This document shows, piece after piece, positions 38,245 to 48,675 of a stretch of DNA of 64,000 nt (position 1 is its first letter; each line of letters opens with the position of its first letter). The notes beneath the pieces were generated by a model. It was not told the DNA's origin, made no database searches, and saw only the letters and a list, made by a program, of their open reading frames with translations. The position numbers and the translations under genes are program-made. The stretch lies in IMG/VR virus record IMGVR_UViG_3300037400_001617. One strand, written 5' to 3'. The stretch is from a virus (taxonomy: Duplodnaviria > Caudoviricetes).

Positions 38245-38831
38245 CACTGACCTCCCCACATTGGTGTGAACAGCATCTGCTGCTGTGGCTGCTGAGGTGC
38301 TGGATAGATCTGATAAGCATATGCTTTGTTCTGTATCTGTCCTACGAATGCTTGGTCGATACTAGATGTCATGGAAGGATGATGCGGGAATCCAGTTACC
38401 ATCAAGATTCCATAGAATTTTGCAAAGACATAAAACAGAACGTCCTTGAAGTTTCTCACATCTAAAGTGCTCACTATCTTATCTCCACCATCCTGATAGA
38501 AGATAAAATCGATATCTTCAAACAGCATCTTAGCTGCAATTGTCGATACGAACTCATCTATTGTTGGTGTCATATCTGAGCGAGTAAGATAGTTGATGTA
38601 ACAGATTTCGAAACTGTTTCTATCTCCATTCTGTAAGAATGAATAACAGTTAAGATCAGGAAGCAGAGCACTTCCAATCAGAACTCTTTGAGCTGCCATA
38701 GCCTGAACCTGTGCCTGATCGACCATAGGGTCGTCAAGCAGAATGACAAAGTGTTTACGACCATTACTATCAAGAGTATATCTTACCATTGAAAGGTCGT
38801 TAGCATTGTTTATATAGTATGCATGAGCCAT
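38244..38831 (-). CDS. hypothetical protein (possible paralogue of 37768..38244)
   Basis: ALLPD...SFEICYINYL...EDIDFIFY; SD AAAGGAGGT. Confidence 0.75.
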   Translation of the reverse strand: MAHAYYINNANDLSMVRYTLDSNGRKHFVILLDDPMVDQAQVQAMAAQRVLIGSALLPDLNCYSFLQNGDRNSFEICYINYLTRSDMTPTIDEFVSTIAAKMLFEDIDFIFYQDGGDKIVSTLDVRNFKDVLFYVFAKFYGILMVTGFPHHPSMTSSIDQAFVGQIQNKAYAYQIYPAPQQPQQQMLFTPMWGGQ

Positions 38832-38894
38832 ACCAATACCTCCTTTTCTATAGTGTTAGGGGATGAGTAAAATCACCCCCTAACGTCGATACTA

Positions 38895-40928
38895 TCAGTT
38901 CTTCCTCTTGTTGTAGTTATTGTCCTTTCTTCTCTTCTTGTTTCTCTTCTGTTCATATTTCTTTGCTCTTGCTGCTTTCTCAGGATCATAGTAATCTGTG
39001 ATCACTGATGAAGTAGATACTGAAATAGGCTGTTCTTCTTCTTCATCTCCCCAGTCTTCTCCTTCTTCTCTAGCACGGAGAGGAGGAGTAGAATTGTCTG
39101 GTGTCATCGTAGATGAAGTGTATGCCTTCTTAGGACGAGGTGTAGTGTCAACTGTATACATCCACCAAGGTGTCTCATTGTTCTTCACAGATTCCTCATA
39201 GATCTTCTTCGCATCGTCATTTTCCTCTATCTCTATGTGTTCTGAATCGTTCTTTTCAGATTCTCCTTTAGTCCCCTGAAGCTGTTCCTTAACAAGCTCA
39301 GGAATCATCTTCATGAAAGCTGGGACGACTTTGTCGACGATATCGATGATGAGACTCTTCTTGTCAGGCATTCCCTGATAAAGTGAAGCGACAGTCTCTT
39401 TCATGCTCTTAAAGTCTACCTCGACTGCCATGAAGTTCTCGTTGATCTTGTTTGCATCTGTTGCATACTCATCTCCGAGATTCTTAAGATCGTTTGCTAT
39501 CTTTTCGATCTTTTCATCAAGGTCATTGATCTTGTTGTAGATCGATGAGGCGAATCTATCGAACTCATCACGAGTGATGTAATCCGCATCGGTGTCTTCA
39601 TCATCCTCATCTTCATTCAAATAATCAAGATCTCCTTTATAGTTAGCTGCAAGAACTTCAGCAGTAGCTGAATACGAATTCAGGATTGCGGTGTCGTCAG
39701 GAACAACCGACTCATCAACAATTTCTGCTTCAACATGCTCTACAGGAGTCTCATTTGTTTCGACGTCAACAACCTCTTCTTCCTTCTTATCCTCTACTTC
39801 ATCGTCTTCAGCCATTACATCAAGTCCTGAAGACGAAGTGAAGCTGTTAGGATTAGTAGCAAATTCCGTCAGTCTTGCCATTGATTCTACGAACGAATCT
39901 GTGGAATCATCAGAAGTTATAACTGGTGCTGATATCGGTGCTGCCTTAGGTGCAGGTGCATGCTCCATATCAACAAATGATGAAGAACGGTCTACAAGTA
40001 CCTTCTTCTTGGTCTTCTGGCTTACGCCGTCTACGATTACATCGTCTGTGTCAAAGATAATTTCGATTGCCATATTAGATAACTCTCCTTTTCTGCTTTC
40101 GCCCTTAACGTAGGTGCGATTGATTGTGGTGGGTGTGTTTGTAGCCATAAGGCTCTTGATCTCGTACTTCTGTCCGCAGACAGTGCATTCCATCTTATTG
40201 AATCCGAGATCAAAATCAATAAGACCATTGCATGGCATTTCTATACCATGTCTTTTGACCCTTCTAGTACAATAGCACTTCTTAGGGTCTAAGATAACGA
40301 CAGACGGAAAGTCACATAAGATTGGGCCAAAGTTTCTTCTTATAACCCACTGCTTAGGTGTAGCGATTCCTACATCTGTCATGGCAATCTTTCTTCTTCT
40401 GAAGACGATATCTAAGATATCAAAGATCTGATCGCCATAATCTATTATACTGTCTTTGTCTATTCTGAGACCAACCTCATCCAATGCTATTGCACCAGAC
40501 TGAGTCACATCATAGACTTTGGTACAGTATGGTTTAAGAACATGCTGAACGTTGAACTCGTCCTTGTTGTTCTTAAATCCTTCTAGAGAGGTGCTTATCT
40601 TAGCACCGAACTGAGGGAATTCAACAGATGAATAGAACCTTCTATTAGTTCCACCGATCTCTGTCTTGAACCCTCTGCTTTCCATAAACTCATCCAGAAG
40701 ATGATACTTTTCTATCGGATGAGTTGTTAGAGTTGGTGAGACAGCTACATCCTCGATGAACTTGATGTCCTGAGGAGTGAACCATCTCGCTAATGGAGGA
40801 CTCTGCCAAGAATCATACCAACGAATCATCTGATCATCGATAGACATCTCTGGATCGAATCCATGCGTTTCTTTATACTTAGCCACAGGGTCAAAGTATA
40901 TTTTATCGAGGTCTTTATTCACTCTCAT
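38895..40928 (-). CDS. protein-kinase-like domain plus Zn ribbon plus acidic/coiled-coil tail
   Basis: IGGTNR (Gly-loop), AKI (Lys), NKDEF (alphaC Glu), TDVG..KQW (catalytic loop), ILCDFP (DFG-like), then CYC..C..CTVC. Confidence 0.6.
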   Translation of the reverse strand: MRVNKDLDKIYFDPVAKYKETHGFDPEMSIDDQMIRWYDSWQSPPLARWFTPQDIKFIEDVAVSPTLTTHPIEKYHLLDEFMESRGFKTEIGGTNRRFYSSVEFPQFGAKISTSLEGFKNNKDEFNVQHVLKPYCTKVYDVTQSGAIALDEVGLRIDKDSIIDYGDQIFDILDIVFRRRKIAMTDVGIATPKQWVIRRNFGPILCDFPSVVILDPKKCYCTRRVKRHGIEMPCNGLIDFDLGFNKMECTVCGQKYEIKSLMATNTPTTINRTYVKGESRKGELSNMAIEIIFDTDDVIVDGVSQKTKKKVLVDRSSSFVDMEHAPAPKAAPISAPVITSDDSTDSFVESMARLTEFATNPNSFTSSSGLDVMAEDDEVEDKKEEEVVDVETNETPVEHVEAEIVDESVVPDDTAILNSYSATAEVLAANYKGDLDYLNEDEDDEDTDADYITRDEFDRFASSIYNKINDLDEKIEKIANDLKNLGDEYATDANKINENFMAVEVDFKSMKETVASLYQGMPDKKSLIIDIVDKVVPAFMKMIPELVKEQLQGTKGESEKNDSEHIEIEENDDAKKIYEESVKNNETPWWMYTVDTTPRPKKAYTSSTMTPDNSTPPLRAREEGEDWGDEEEEQPISVSTSSVITDYYDPEKAARAKKYEQKRNKKRRKDNNYNKRKN

Positions 40929-42526
40929 TATACTTCCTCCCCCATCGCTTTGTACTGAGCAAGTCTAGCATTGATATTGTACTCAGTCAATGCATCCTGC
41001 TGTTCGTCAGTAAGCTGACTTGCTAGATCCTTAGTAGGATCAAACAAAGGTTTACCATATATGTCCTTAATTACTCCGTTGTCATCTGGAGCTATAGGAG
41101 CTGTACCAACTATCGGTGGACACGGATCAGCATCTCTTATTGGTGCATTATAGTCAACTCTACAGTTGCCAGTTCTGAGCTTATCTAAGAAGGCTCTCTT
41201 TCGCATCTCATAGTTGACTTTAAGCTTATTAGTAAGATACTGTTCAACCTGAGGACCATTAAACAGCTCAGGATGATTCTGATAGTCGTACGCCAGTTTT
41301 ACATCCCTTCTATCGCCAAGCTGAGTTGGCAGAGTATTCATATCGAACCTTATATTCGGATCAATACCACTCAGATAGAAGGAACGTGTGTATTCTTTTG
41401 GTGACATATAGCAACCCGCTTTCCAACGAGTCATATGTCTCTTATAATCCTTCAGATAATAGGTATTGTAAACCCATTTCATATATGGATCATCAACGCC
41501 ATTCGTCAGGATCGATTCGTACGATGTAGCAAGTGCTTCTGGCGGTGGTGCACATACTACATCAAAGATATATCGTGCCATCTGCTTTTCATATTCTGAT
41601 CTACGACAATTGTCATAGAAGTGCAGACGGGACTGATATTCTGCAACGTCGTGAGACTTGCTATACACAATCTTATGAGTACCAGTCTCTGGGTCGTTTG
41701 GTTGTGTTAAGAGAATTTCATCTCCTTCTTCTGTAAGAACAGATACGCTGACTCCAGACTCTTCAACTCTCTGGAAGTTCTCATCATAAGTGTAATCCAT
41801 AAACTTATGATCTGCTTCGTATCTCATCTGCTGAAGATCCTCTTGAGATGGGAACATACGTCTTAATGTTTCCTCAACCTGTTTTGTCCAATCTTCAACA
41901 GATACATTTTCTGGTCGGCCCCACATCATGGTTCCTCTCCAGTAGTTCTTCATAGTCTGCATTTGAGCTTCCTGAGCTTTTCTGATCTCTTCAGCCTGCT
42001 CATTGTTCATCTGCATTCCGCCAATACCCATACCCATGCCAAACATATTGTATCCCTGCTGAGCCTGAGAGATATAAGAACCTCCCAACGGATTATAAGT
42101 TGTGGCCGCAGCGTTTACTATTGGATTGGAATACGGCATGGATGTTGCTGTCTTCTGTGTCATACTGCTCTGCTGTCTTGCTATGTTCTGCCAGTTTGAG
42201 GCAGTAGAATCGCTTGATACACAAGACATTCCTTCGCTTTCCTCTTCATTGTCGAACGAGAAGTTTGATTCATCATTCAACTCATTCAGACCATCTAAAG
42301 AGAAATCTACATCTTCTGTCGGCTTTGGTGAACCATACATCTCTTCTTCGATGTATGATTTGCTTGACTGTAGCAGTCTCGCTTTTCTTTCAGCTCTTCT
42401 CTTCTTTTCTTCATCTAACATAACTGAAGCTGTCGGTGGAGCTGACTTTTCTTTAAGTTTGTTTAATGTCACATTATCATTCCTTTCATGTATTTGTATG
42501 TCTGAATAGTAGTAAGGTTGTGCCAT
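40928..42526 (-). CDS. early hypothetical protein with Q/M/S-rich low-complexity region
   Basis: 532 aa; early motif at 42562-42569 only about 35 nt upstream; no obvious SD. Confidence 0.8.
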   Translation of the reverse strand: MAQPYYYSDIQIHERNDNVTLNKLKEKSAPPTASVMLDEEKKRRAERKARLLQSSKSYIEEEMYGSPKPTEDVDFSLDGLNELNDESNFSFDNEEESEGMSCVSSDSTASNWQNIARQQSSMTQKTATSMPYSNPIVNAAATTYNPLGGSYISQAQQGYNMFGMGMGIGGMQMNNEQAEEIRKAQEAQMQTMKNYWRGTMMWGRPENVSVEDWTKQVEETLRRMFPSQEDLQQMRYEADHKFMDYTYDENFQRVEESGVSVSVLTEEGDEILLTQPNDPETGTHKIVYSKSHDVAEYQSRLHFYDNCRRSEYEKQMARYIFDVVCAPPPEALATSYESILTNGVDDPYMKWVYNTYYLKDYKRHMTRWKAGCYMSPKEYTRSFYLSGIDPNIRFDMNTLPTQLGDRRDVKLAYDYQNHPELFNGPQVEQYLTNKLKVNYEMRKRAFLDKLRTGNCRVDYNAPIRDADPCPPIVGTAPIAPDDNGVIKDIYGKPLFDPTKDLASQLTDEQQDALTEYNINARLAQYKAMGEEV

Positions 42527-42561
42527 TGGCCATTTGGCGCATCCCTAGTACACTCGCCACT

Positions 42562-42569
42562 ATAATATA
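42562..42569 (-). promoter_or_regulatory. early promoter motif TATATTAT
   Basis: Drives the 42526 to 38895 operon; divergent late motif AACT acttag TA at 42592-42603. Confidence 0.65.
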
Positions 42570-42640
42570 TAACTTACACTTTGTTTGCGATAACTACTTA
42601 GTAACAAGCCTGGATGGGCATGATAAGAAAGTGAGTGTGA

Positions 42641-43363
42641 ATGCACATGGAAAAATTAAGAGATATGATGATGGACTCTCTCACCCCGTTTCATAAGAAG
42701 CGGTCTCGTTATGAGAAAGGTGGAAGAGGTATTCCGTCAGTAACAGAGATCCTTGGTTACATAGATAATCAGGGTCTTATTGATTGGGCGAATGCCATTG
42801 GTCGAAAGGGCCAAAACAATAAAGACATAGCAGCGAAGGCTGCTAGATATGGAACCGCTACTCACTCAGCTATAGAGAACTACCTTAAGGAAGGTTACGA
42901 TACAGGGTTTCTTGATAACTCTTCATTCAAAGCTTTTCTTAAGTGGTGGAATGGAATCAATAGCTGTCACAAAGTGGTAGTATTAGGACAGGAAGAAGCT
43001 CTTATAACTGAGCTCTTTGCTGGCACATATGATCTGCTTATCTCTATAGATGGAAAGATCTATATGGTCGACTTCAAGACAAGCAATCATGTTAACTACA
43101 AATACTTCATGCAGTTGGCTGCCTACAGATATCTGATATACAGACTCAAAGGCATCAGCATTGATGGAGTAATTATTCTTCAGCTTGGTAAAGGTCCTAA
43201 TGCAGGATTCACCGAGTTCCCTCTGGACTTCAACATTCCAGATCATTACAACTTCATAGAGAACTGTATGAATGCTTTCGTAGGAGCTCTCTACACATAT
43301 CATAGTGCAGAGCCTCTGAAGGATCAGTTCAAAGACGTATTCTATGAGATCAACAAAAAATAA
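42641..43363 (+). CDS. PD-(D/E)XK exonuclease (RecB/Cas4-like family)
   Basis: PSVTEIL, GTATHSAIE, AGTYDLL, VDFKTS and QLAAY motifs. Confidence 0.88.
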   Translation: MHMEKLRDMMMDSLTPFHKKRSRYEKGGRGIPSVTEILGYIDNQGLIDWANAIGRKGQNNKDIAAKAARYGTATHSAIENYLKEGYDTGFLDNSSFKAFLKWWNGINSCHKVVVLGQEEALITELFAGTYDLLISIDGKIYMVDFKTSNHVNYKYFMQLAAYRYLIYRLKGISIDGVIILQLGKGPNAGFTEFPLDFNIPDHYNFIENCMNAFVGALYTYHSAEPLKDQFKDVFYEINKK

Positions 43364-43396
43364 GTAAGGGGAGTCAATCGACTCCCCTTATCTTTA
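43355..43396. terminator. bidirectional terminator
   Basis: TAAGGGGAGTC-AATC-GACTCCCCTTA between convergent genes. Confidence 0.75.
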
Positions 43397-44761
43397 TACC
43401 CATTCAGCATCAGAAATCATCTTGTTCTCGACAAGCAGCTTCTTAAGCTGACGTTTAATCTGACCATACGATCTAGTCTTTGTGGGATCATAGTCAATCC
43501 CAATCGCACAGCACATGGCCTGATATCTATCAGTGCAGTTTCTTTCGGCATCCTGATATGCATTATATGCTGCTGCGGCAAGATTGACATCATATATGAC
43601 TTTCTCACTAGCTTTTTTGAGATGCTCAATCTCTTTCTTCATAGCTTCGATTGTAGCGATGTGTCTCTCATCTGCCGACTTGAAGTTGTCGGCAACTTGC
43701 TTAGATTTCTCGAGAGCTTCATTCTGAGTCTTAATGATGCTCTCAAGCTTAGCAATTGTATCCTCGAGATCCTTGACTTTCTTGTCGTAATCTGCAGGGA
43801 TGTTCTTCTGCTTCTCAAGAACCTGTTCTAGTTCCTCTCTCATCATAGCTTCTCCGCAAGCCTGATCTGAGAGTTTCTGGTTCTCTTCGGCAAGCTCGTT
43901 TCTCTCTCTACGGAATTCATTTCTTTCCTTTTCAAGCTCCATATACTGATCCTGAAGCTTGTGGAGTTCTGTGTTATCCTGATAGAGTTTGAACGCTTTT
44001 GGGTCTTGCTCATAGAGATAGCTTAAGATACGGTTTATGTTGTATCCTCTCTCTACGTAGGTCATCTTGAAATCCTCAAGAAGAACCTGTTCCACAGCAG
44101 TTTGGTTCATTGTGACTGGAACTGATTCTACTGCTGATATCGGAAAGGTTATGATCTGACCGTGATCCAGGTAAGATATAGCGTTTATATTCTTTGCCAG
44201 GATCTCTGGTGTGCTTGGAATCGCACTACGGCGATTTCCAGTGATTGACCCGATTATGCCAGGCTTACTACATAATGGTAAGCCTCTAGCCAGAGTACCA
44301 TCACACCATACGACGAATATGGGACGATGAGATCCAGCTATGAGTTCGTTCTCGATGTCTTCTTTGTCATCAAAGACACCTGTTGTGATAACAACATCGC
44401 CTGGTTTGATCAGACATCTGTTGTACTGTTTCACCATATTCTTATTCAGGATAAGGTGAGGCTTGTTTCTTTTACCCATATCGGGTAACTGAACCCTCTT
44501 GGGTGTTTCTACCTCGAGAGTCTTTACTTCAGTTTTATCTTCAACAACGGCGGGAACTGGTGGCTGTTCTATAACTACTGGTTCTATAATTGAAATCTCC
44601 GATTCAGTAGTTTCTTCAATCACTTTAGCAGCCTCTTCGTTCTTGTCAACGTCATTGAGAACTGTTGTTGACTCAACTGGAGTAGTTTCCCTAACACCAA
44701 CTTTACTGGTTCCTATGTAGTTAGTGTTAGCTTTTTTGTTCTTCTTCTTTCTTGAATGCAT
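43394..44761 (-). CDS. PemK/MazF-fold domain fused to a long coiled coil
   Basis: IKPGDVV...E...GSHRPIFVV...GLPLCS...SYLDHGQIITF pattern, then heptad-rich C-terminus; early motif TATACTAT at 44812-44819. Confidence 0.6.
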   Translation of the reverse strand: MHSRKKKNKKANTNYIGTSKVGVRETTPVESTTVLNDVDKNEEAAKVIEETTESEISIIEPVVIEQPPVPAVVEDKTEVKTLEVETPKRVQLPDMGKRNKPHLILNKNMVKQYNRCLIKPGDVVITTGVFDDKEDIENELIAGSHRPIFVVWCDGTLARGLPLCSKPGIIGSITGNRRSAIPSTPEILAKNINAISYLDHGQIITFPISAVESVPVTMNQTAVEQVLLEDFKMTYVERGYNINRILSYLYEQDPKAFKLYQDNTELHKLQDQYMELEKERNEFRRERNELAEENQKLSDQACGEAMMREELEQVLEKQKNIPADYDKKVKDLEDTIAKLESIIKTQNEALEKSKQVADNFKSADERHIATIEAMKKEIEHLKKASEKVIYDVNLAAAAYNAYQDAERNCTDRYQAMCCAIGIDYDPTKTRSYGQIKRQLKKLLVENKMISDAEWV

Positions 44762-44877
44762 AAAGCAATCCTCCTTTTAAGTAATTAGCATAGTCATCCA
44801 TGCTTACTATAATAGTATATAACCATAGATACTTACCAAGGCCAGAACTTCTAAGTAATCAGAAAAGGAGGAATCGT

Positions 44878-46014
44878 ATGTTTTACAGTAACCCAAACGC
44901 TACCAGACCTACTCTGGTAGAGATACATACAGCAGATATTCACTTTGGAGCAATGGATCCAAAGGTTCAATATGATCTCTTAACTAAAGGGATTCTCGAC
45001 AAGCTTCAGAATATACAGTTCGATCTGTTCTGTATCAACGGAGACTTGTTTCATCATAAGTTCATGAGTAACTCGGATGCGGTATTATATGCATCCATGT
45101 TTGTAGACAATATCGTACAGCTCTGTAAGAGAAATAGAGCTGCTCTGATCTTACTTCATGGTACTGCGTCTCATGATGCTAACCAGTTAAAACTATTCTA
45201 TCACTACCTCGCAGATACTACACTCGAGATGTACATAATAGAAACAGCTACATTCGTTTCAACACACGGTAAGAAGATACTCTGTCTCCCAGAGGAATAC
45301 AATAAGGGTAGAGATTACTATCTAAACCTCTTGGAGTGGAGCGGTTCATACGATAGTGTATGTATGCACGGAAATCTTAAGGGTGCTATCTTCGGTTGCG
45401 ACAAAGAAGATCTCGACACAACAAAGAACCCTACATTCGATATCAACTCATTCCAGTTCTGTAAGGGTCCTATCATTGCAGGACATGTACATGTGTCTGG
45501 CTGTTACCAAAGTCATATGTACTATTCAGGAAGTCCTCTTAGATGGCAGTTCGGAGAAGAAGAAACTAAGGGCTTCTTGATAGTTATACACGACCTCGAC
45601 TCTACTTACTATACAGTGCAAATGGAAGAAGTTGTGTCGTTCAAGTACAATACTATCAATCTGGATGAGATGGTTAACTATGATCCTAAGGATGTAATCA
45701 AGTATCTAACGGACCTGAAAGCTACTGGTGTAGACTATATCAAAGTCAAGTTCACTAAGGGTGGTCCAACTGTAGATGCTCTTAAGGTATACTACAAGAT
45801 GAACAATGAGATTACTATAGATGCTTCGGATGTTCAATTCCAAGAGACTATAAGAGAGAACCAAAAGGTGAGCGAAGAGTATGCTAAGTATTCATATATC
45901 TCCGACAAGAATCTTACTCCTAATGATATCATAGTACGATACATCAATGATGAGAAAGGTTGTGAATTCATCACTGTAGATGAGCTCGTCAAGTTACTCA
46001 GTTCAATCGATTAA
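44878..46014 (+). CDS. sbcD: SbcD/Mre11-like DNA repair nuclease
   Basis: TADIHFG, NGDLFH, GTASHD, MHG, AGHVH, YSGS..RWQFGEEE.KGF. Confidence 0.88.
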   Translation: MFYSNPNATRPTLVEIHTADIHFGAMDPKVQYDLLTKGILDKLQNIQFDLFCINGDLFHHKFMSNSDAVLYASMFVDNIVQLCKRNRAALILLHGTASHDANQLKLFYHYLADTTLEMYIIETATFVSTHGKKILCLPEEYNKGRDYYLNLLEWSGSYDSVCMHGNLKGAIFGCDKEDLDTTKNPTFDINSFQFCKGPIIAGHVHVSGCYQSHMYYSGSPLRWQFGEEETKGFLIVIHDLDSTYYTVQMEEVVSFKYNTINLDEMVNYDPKDVIKYLTDLKATGVDYIKVKFTKGGPTVDALKVYYKMNNEITIDASDVQFQETIRENQKVSEEYAKYSYISDKNLTPNDIIVRYINDEKGCEFITVDELVKLLSSID

Positions 46015-46134
46015 GGGGAGTTTATCTCCCCTTCATAACCTGAATCAGATATATACTATCCATGAGTATAAAACTATCATCTTAGAAACATACAAGTAAT
46101 CATATGAATCCTAAATTGGAGGAGGCATACACAT

Positions 46135-48228
46135 ATGCGAGTTAGAACCGCAGGTAAAACAATCGAACCAATGGCCTCTGAGGTGAAGATACCTCAGAGA
46201 CTTTCAATAACACTTTTGGATATAATCTGTTCTTATATGATAACAGATAACAAAAACATTCGTCGTAAGGGATATACAAATATCCTCATGGCGATGAACA
46301 CATTAGACCTTAGCATCTATACAGATGATGCATACTTATTACGTTTCGACTTCATTAAGACTGCTCTTAAGGCAAGAGTCGATAACGGCTTAACCAATCA
46401 GGCTCTCGTAATGGACTATATAGAAAACAATCTTGGAGATCTCTATAAGGAGATTGAACTTAGAGAGCTCAATAATAAAGAGATAGACTACATCAATCAG
46501 ACAATCTCAAACATGCTTGACAATGTAGTCTTCGCACGTAATATAATGTCCTTTGAGTCTATAGCTCAGAGGTTTAAAGAAGCTAGTCCTAACCAGAAAC
46601 CGTCTATAGTTAAAGAGTGGAAAGGACTTGTTGATGAAAGTAAGAATGCCATTCGTCAGCATCGTATAGAGAAGACTGACGAACAGATGTATTCACTGCA
46701 AGAGGGTGTATTCGAAGATTACGTAATGTACACTCACGCAGATTTATCTAGCCCGTGTAACAAACTTGCCACAGGTATGATTGGATTCAATGTCCTTTTA
46801 GGGGGTGGATTCCAGTCTGATAGAATATATGGTATCTTTGGACTGCAGGGTGAAGGTAAGTCATCAACTTTAGTTAACTTAGCATATCAGATCAAGATGT
46901 ATAACAGAGGGTATAAGTGTAAAGACCCGACGAAGACACCTTGTGTAGTATATTTGACAATGGAAGATCATCCTAAGGAGACTCTGTCACGTCAGTTCTC
47001 GATGGTAACAGAACAGGGTAGTCTTATCGATCATGACGTTAATGAGTCAATTCAGCTTATGAGACAGGGTGGTCTCGAGGTAACTCCAGATAACCCGATT
47101 GATATCATAGTCAAATATAAACCTAATGAGTCTGTAGACACATCATATATCTATGACTTAGTAGACGATCTTGAAGAGATGGGATATGAAGTTATCTGCG
47201 TGATACTTGACTATCTCAACAGAATTCGTTCAGTCAATAAATTTAGTGCGTCCGAAGAAAGACTCAGACTTGGTGCTGTTGTAAATGAGCTTAAGACTAT
47301 AGGAACAGAACTCCACATCCCAGTCATTACAGCAGCTCAGTTCAATAGAAGTGCTAATAAGAATATAGACGAAGCTAGAGAAAGCGGAACAGACGATCTT
47401 GTCAATCTTCTCGGAAGAGATAATATAGCTGAGTCTATGAAGATACTTGACAACCTCGATGCGGCATTCATGATAGTGCCAGAGTTCGATATCAATCATC
47501 ATAAGTATCTCGGTATCAAGTTAGCAAAGAACAGATACCAGGTTGATTTAGAGTCTCCTCTTATCAATACTAAGAAGAGATGTATTCATCATCCATACAC
47601 AAACAACTTCTCTATGCGTCTTGCAGAAGATGTATTATCAGGAGTGCCAGTTCATAAGAAGACACTCGTAGAGATGCAGATGTGTGATGAAGAAGGCATT
47701 GTAGTAGACGACAATGCTATCATTCCAGATAACAGCAATAGATTCAACTCTGCTGTTACAGAGTCTACAAAGAAGAATCTCCTCAAAGAAGCAGGTATCA
47801 AGGATACAAGTAAGACTACAGTAGTAGGTAATACTGTCGTACCTAATCTTGATAATATGACTGAGGAAGAGAAAACGAAGTACAAGAAGAAAACGTCAAA
47901 GAGTAAGAGTGCAACTAAGTGCACTCTCACACCTGATAGATATTCGTTCTTGTATACATTGACTCAAGACCCATTGGGATCTATCAATCAGAGATTTGTA
48001 GATGACTTCAACAAAGAGTTTAATACAAACTATGGTGTCGATATGTTCCCATACATAGCTAGTACTAGAGAAATCAACCGTCTTAGAAAGGTGGAAGGTT
48101 CTCAGTATGAAGATATGAAATGCAAGAAGGGTGAACTATATACACCTCTCTTCAGGGTAGTAGAACAGAGAAATCTGTTTGAGATATTGACTCCACAAGA
48201 GTATGCGGCTTCACGTTGCAGAAGCTGA
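46135..48228 (+). CDS. dnaB: replicative DnaB-like helicase
   Basis: GLQGEGKS Walker A, YLTME, ILDYLNRI, VITAAQFNR and KNR motifs; early (46052) and late (46087) motifs upstream. Confidence 0.92.
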   Translation: MRVRTAGKTIEPMASEVKIPQRLSITLLDIICSYMITDNKNIRRKGYTNILMAMNTLDLSIYTDDAYLLRFDFIKTALKARVDNGLTNQALVMDYIENNLGDLYKEIELRELNNKEIDYINQTISNMLDNVVFARNIMSFESIAQRFKEASPNQKPSIVKEWKGLVDESKNAIRQHRIEKTDEQMYSLQEGVFEDYVMYTHADLSSPCNKLATGMIGFNVLLGGGFQSDRIYGIFGLQGEGKSSTLVNLAYQIKMYNRGYKCKDPTKTPCVVYLTMEDHPKETLSRQFSMVTEQGSLIDHDVNESIQLMRQGGLEVTPDNPIDIIVKYKPNESVDTSYIYDLVDDLEEMGYEVICVILDYLNRIRSVNKFSASEERLRLGAVVNELKTIGTELHIPVITAAQFNRSANKNIDEARESGTDDLVNLLGRDNIAESMKILDNLDAAFMIVPEFDINHHKYLGIKLAKNRYQVDLESPLINTKKRCIHHPYTNNFSMRLAEDVLSGVPVHKKTLVEMQMCDEEGIVVDDNAIIPDNSNRFNSAVTESTKKNLLKEAGIKDTSKTTVVGNTVVPNLDNMTEEEKTKYKKKTSKSKSATKCTLTPDRYSFLYTLTQDPLGSINQRFVDDFNKEFNTNYGVDMFPYIASTREINRLRKVEGSQYEDMKCKKGELYTPLFRVVEQRNLFEILTPQEYAASRCRS

Positions 48229-48675
48229 TTGATTGTATGAGTCAATGAATGACTTCTCGGAGCCATTGATACTACTAAGGGCTTGAGACATTTGAGACTT
48301 TGAGATAAGACGAACTTCACGGAAGTTGAAGTCTTTGACAGACCAAATGTCATTGAGCCATAGTATAATGTAATAGAGCTCTCCGTTTCCATAGAGGAAA
48401 TCGGCTAAGAGCTTAGGTCTAAAACGATATCTGAGGTACTCTTGCTCAGATAACGTGACCTTGGTAGACATATCTTTCAGATCCTGTATATAGTCTGACA
48501 TGACATTGTATACATCGAACTCGATGTGATGTGCTGTATCGGGCTCTAACAGAGAAAGATAGTAGTATGACAACTGACCAGACGGCTTAGCATTAACGAA
48601 GTCGTCTAAAGTACAAGTTCTTGAAGGAACTTGCTGTGCGGAATTGACGTAGGTAGATGAGTTATTGTACTTCAT
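48211..48675 (-). CDS. baseplate wedge LysM-like protein (T4 gp53-like)
   Basis: YRFRPKLLADFLYGNGELYYIILWLN. Confidence 0.75.
   Translation of the reverse strand: MKYNNSSTYVNSAQQVPSRTCTLDDFVNAKPSGQLSYYYLSLLEPDTAHHIEFDVYNVMSDYIQDLKDMSTKVTLSEQEYLRYRFRPKLLADFLYGNGELYYIILWLNDIWSVKDFNFREVRLISKSQMSQALSSINGSEKSFIDSYNQSASAT

Noticed and set aside
38846-38857. Late promoter before 38831 (AACA-ctatag-AA)
   Set aside because: Lacks the conserved T before +1; plausible but not counted.
42641-43363. CRISPR-Cas locus around the Cas4-like nuclease
   Set aside because: No repeat-spacer array or other cas genes seen, and the protein lacks the Cas4 Fe-S cysteine pattern.
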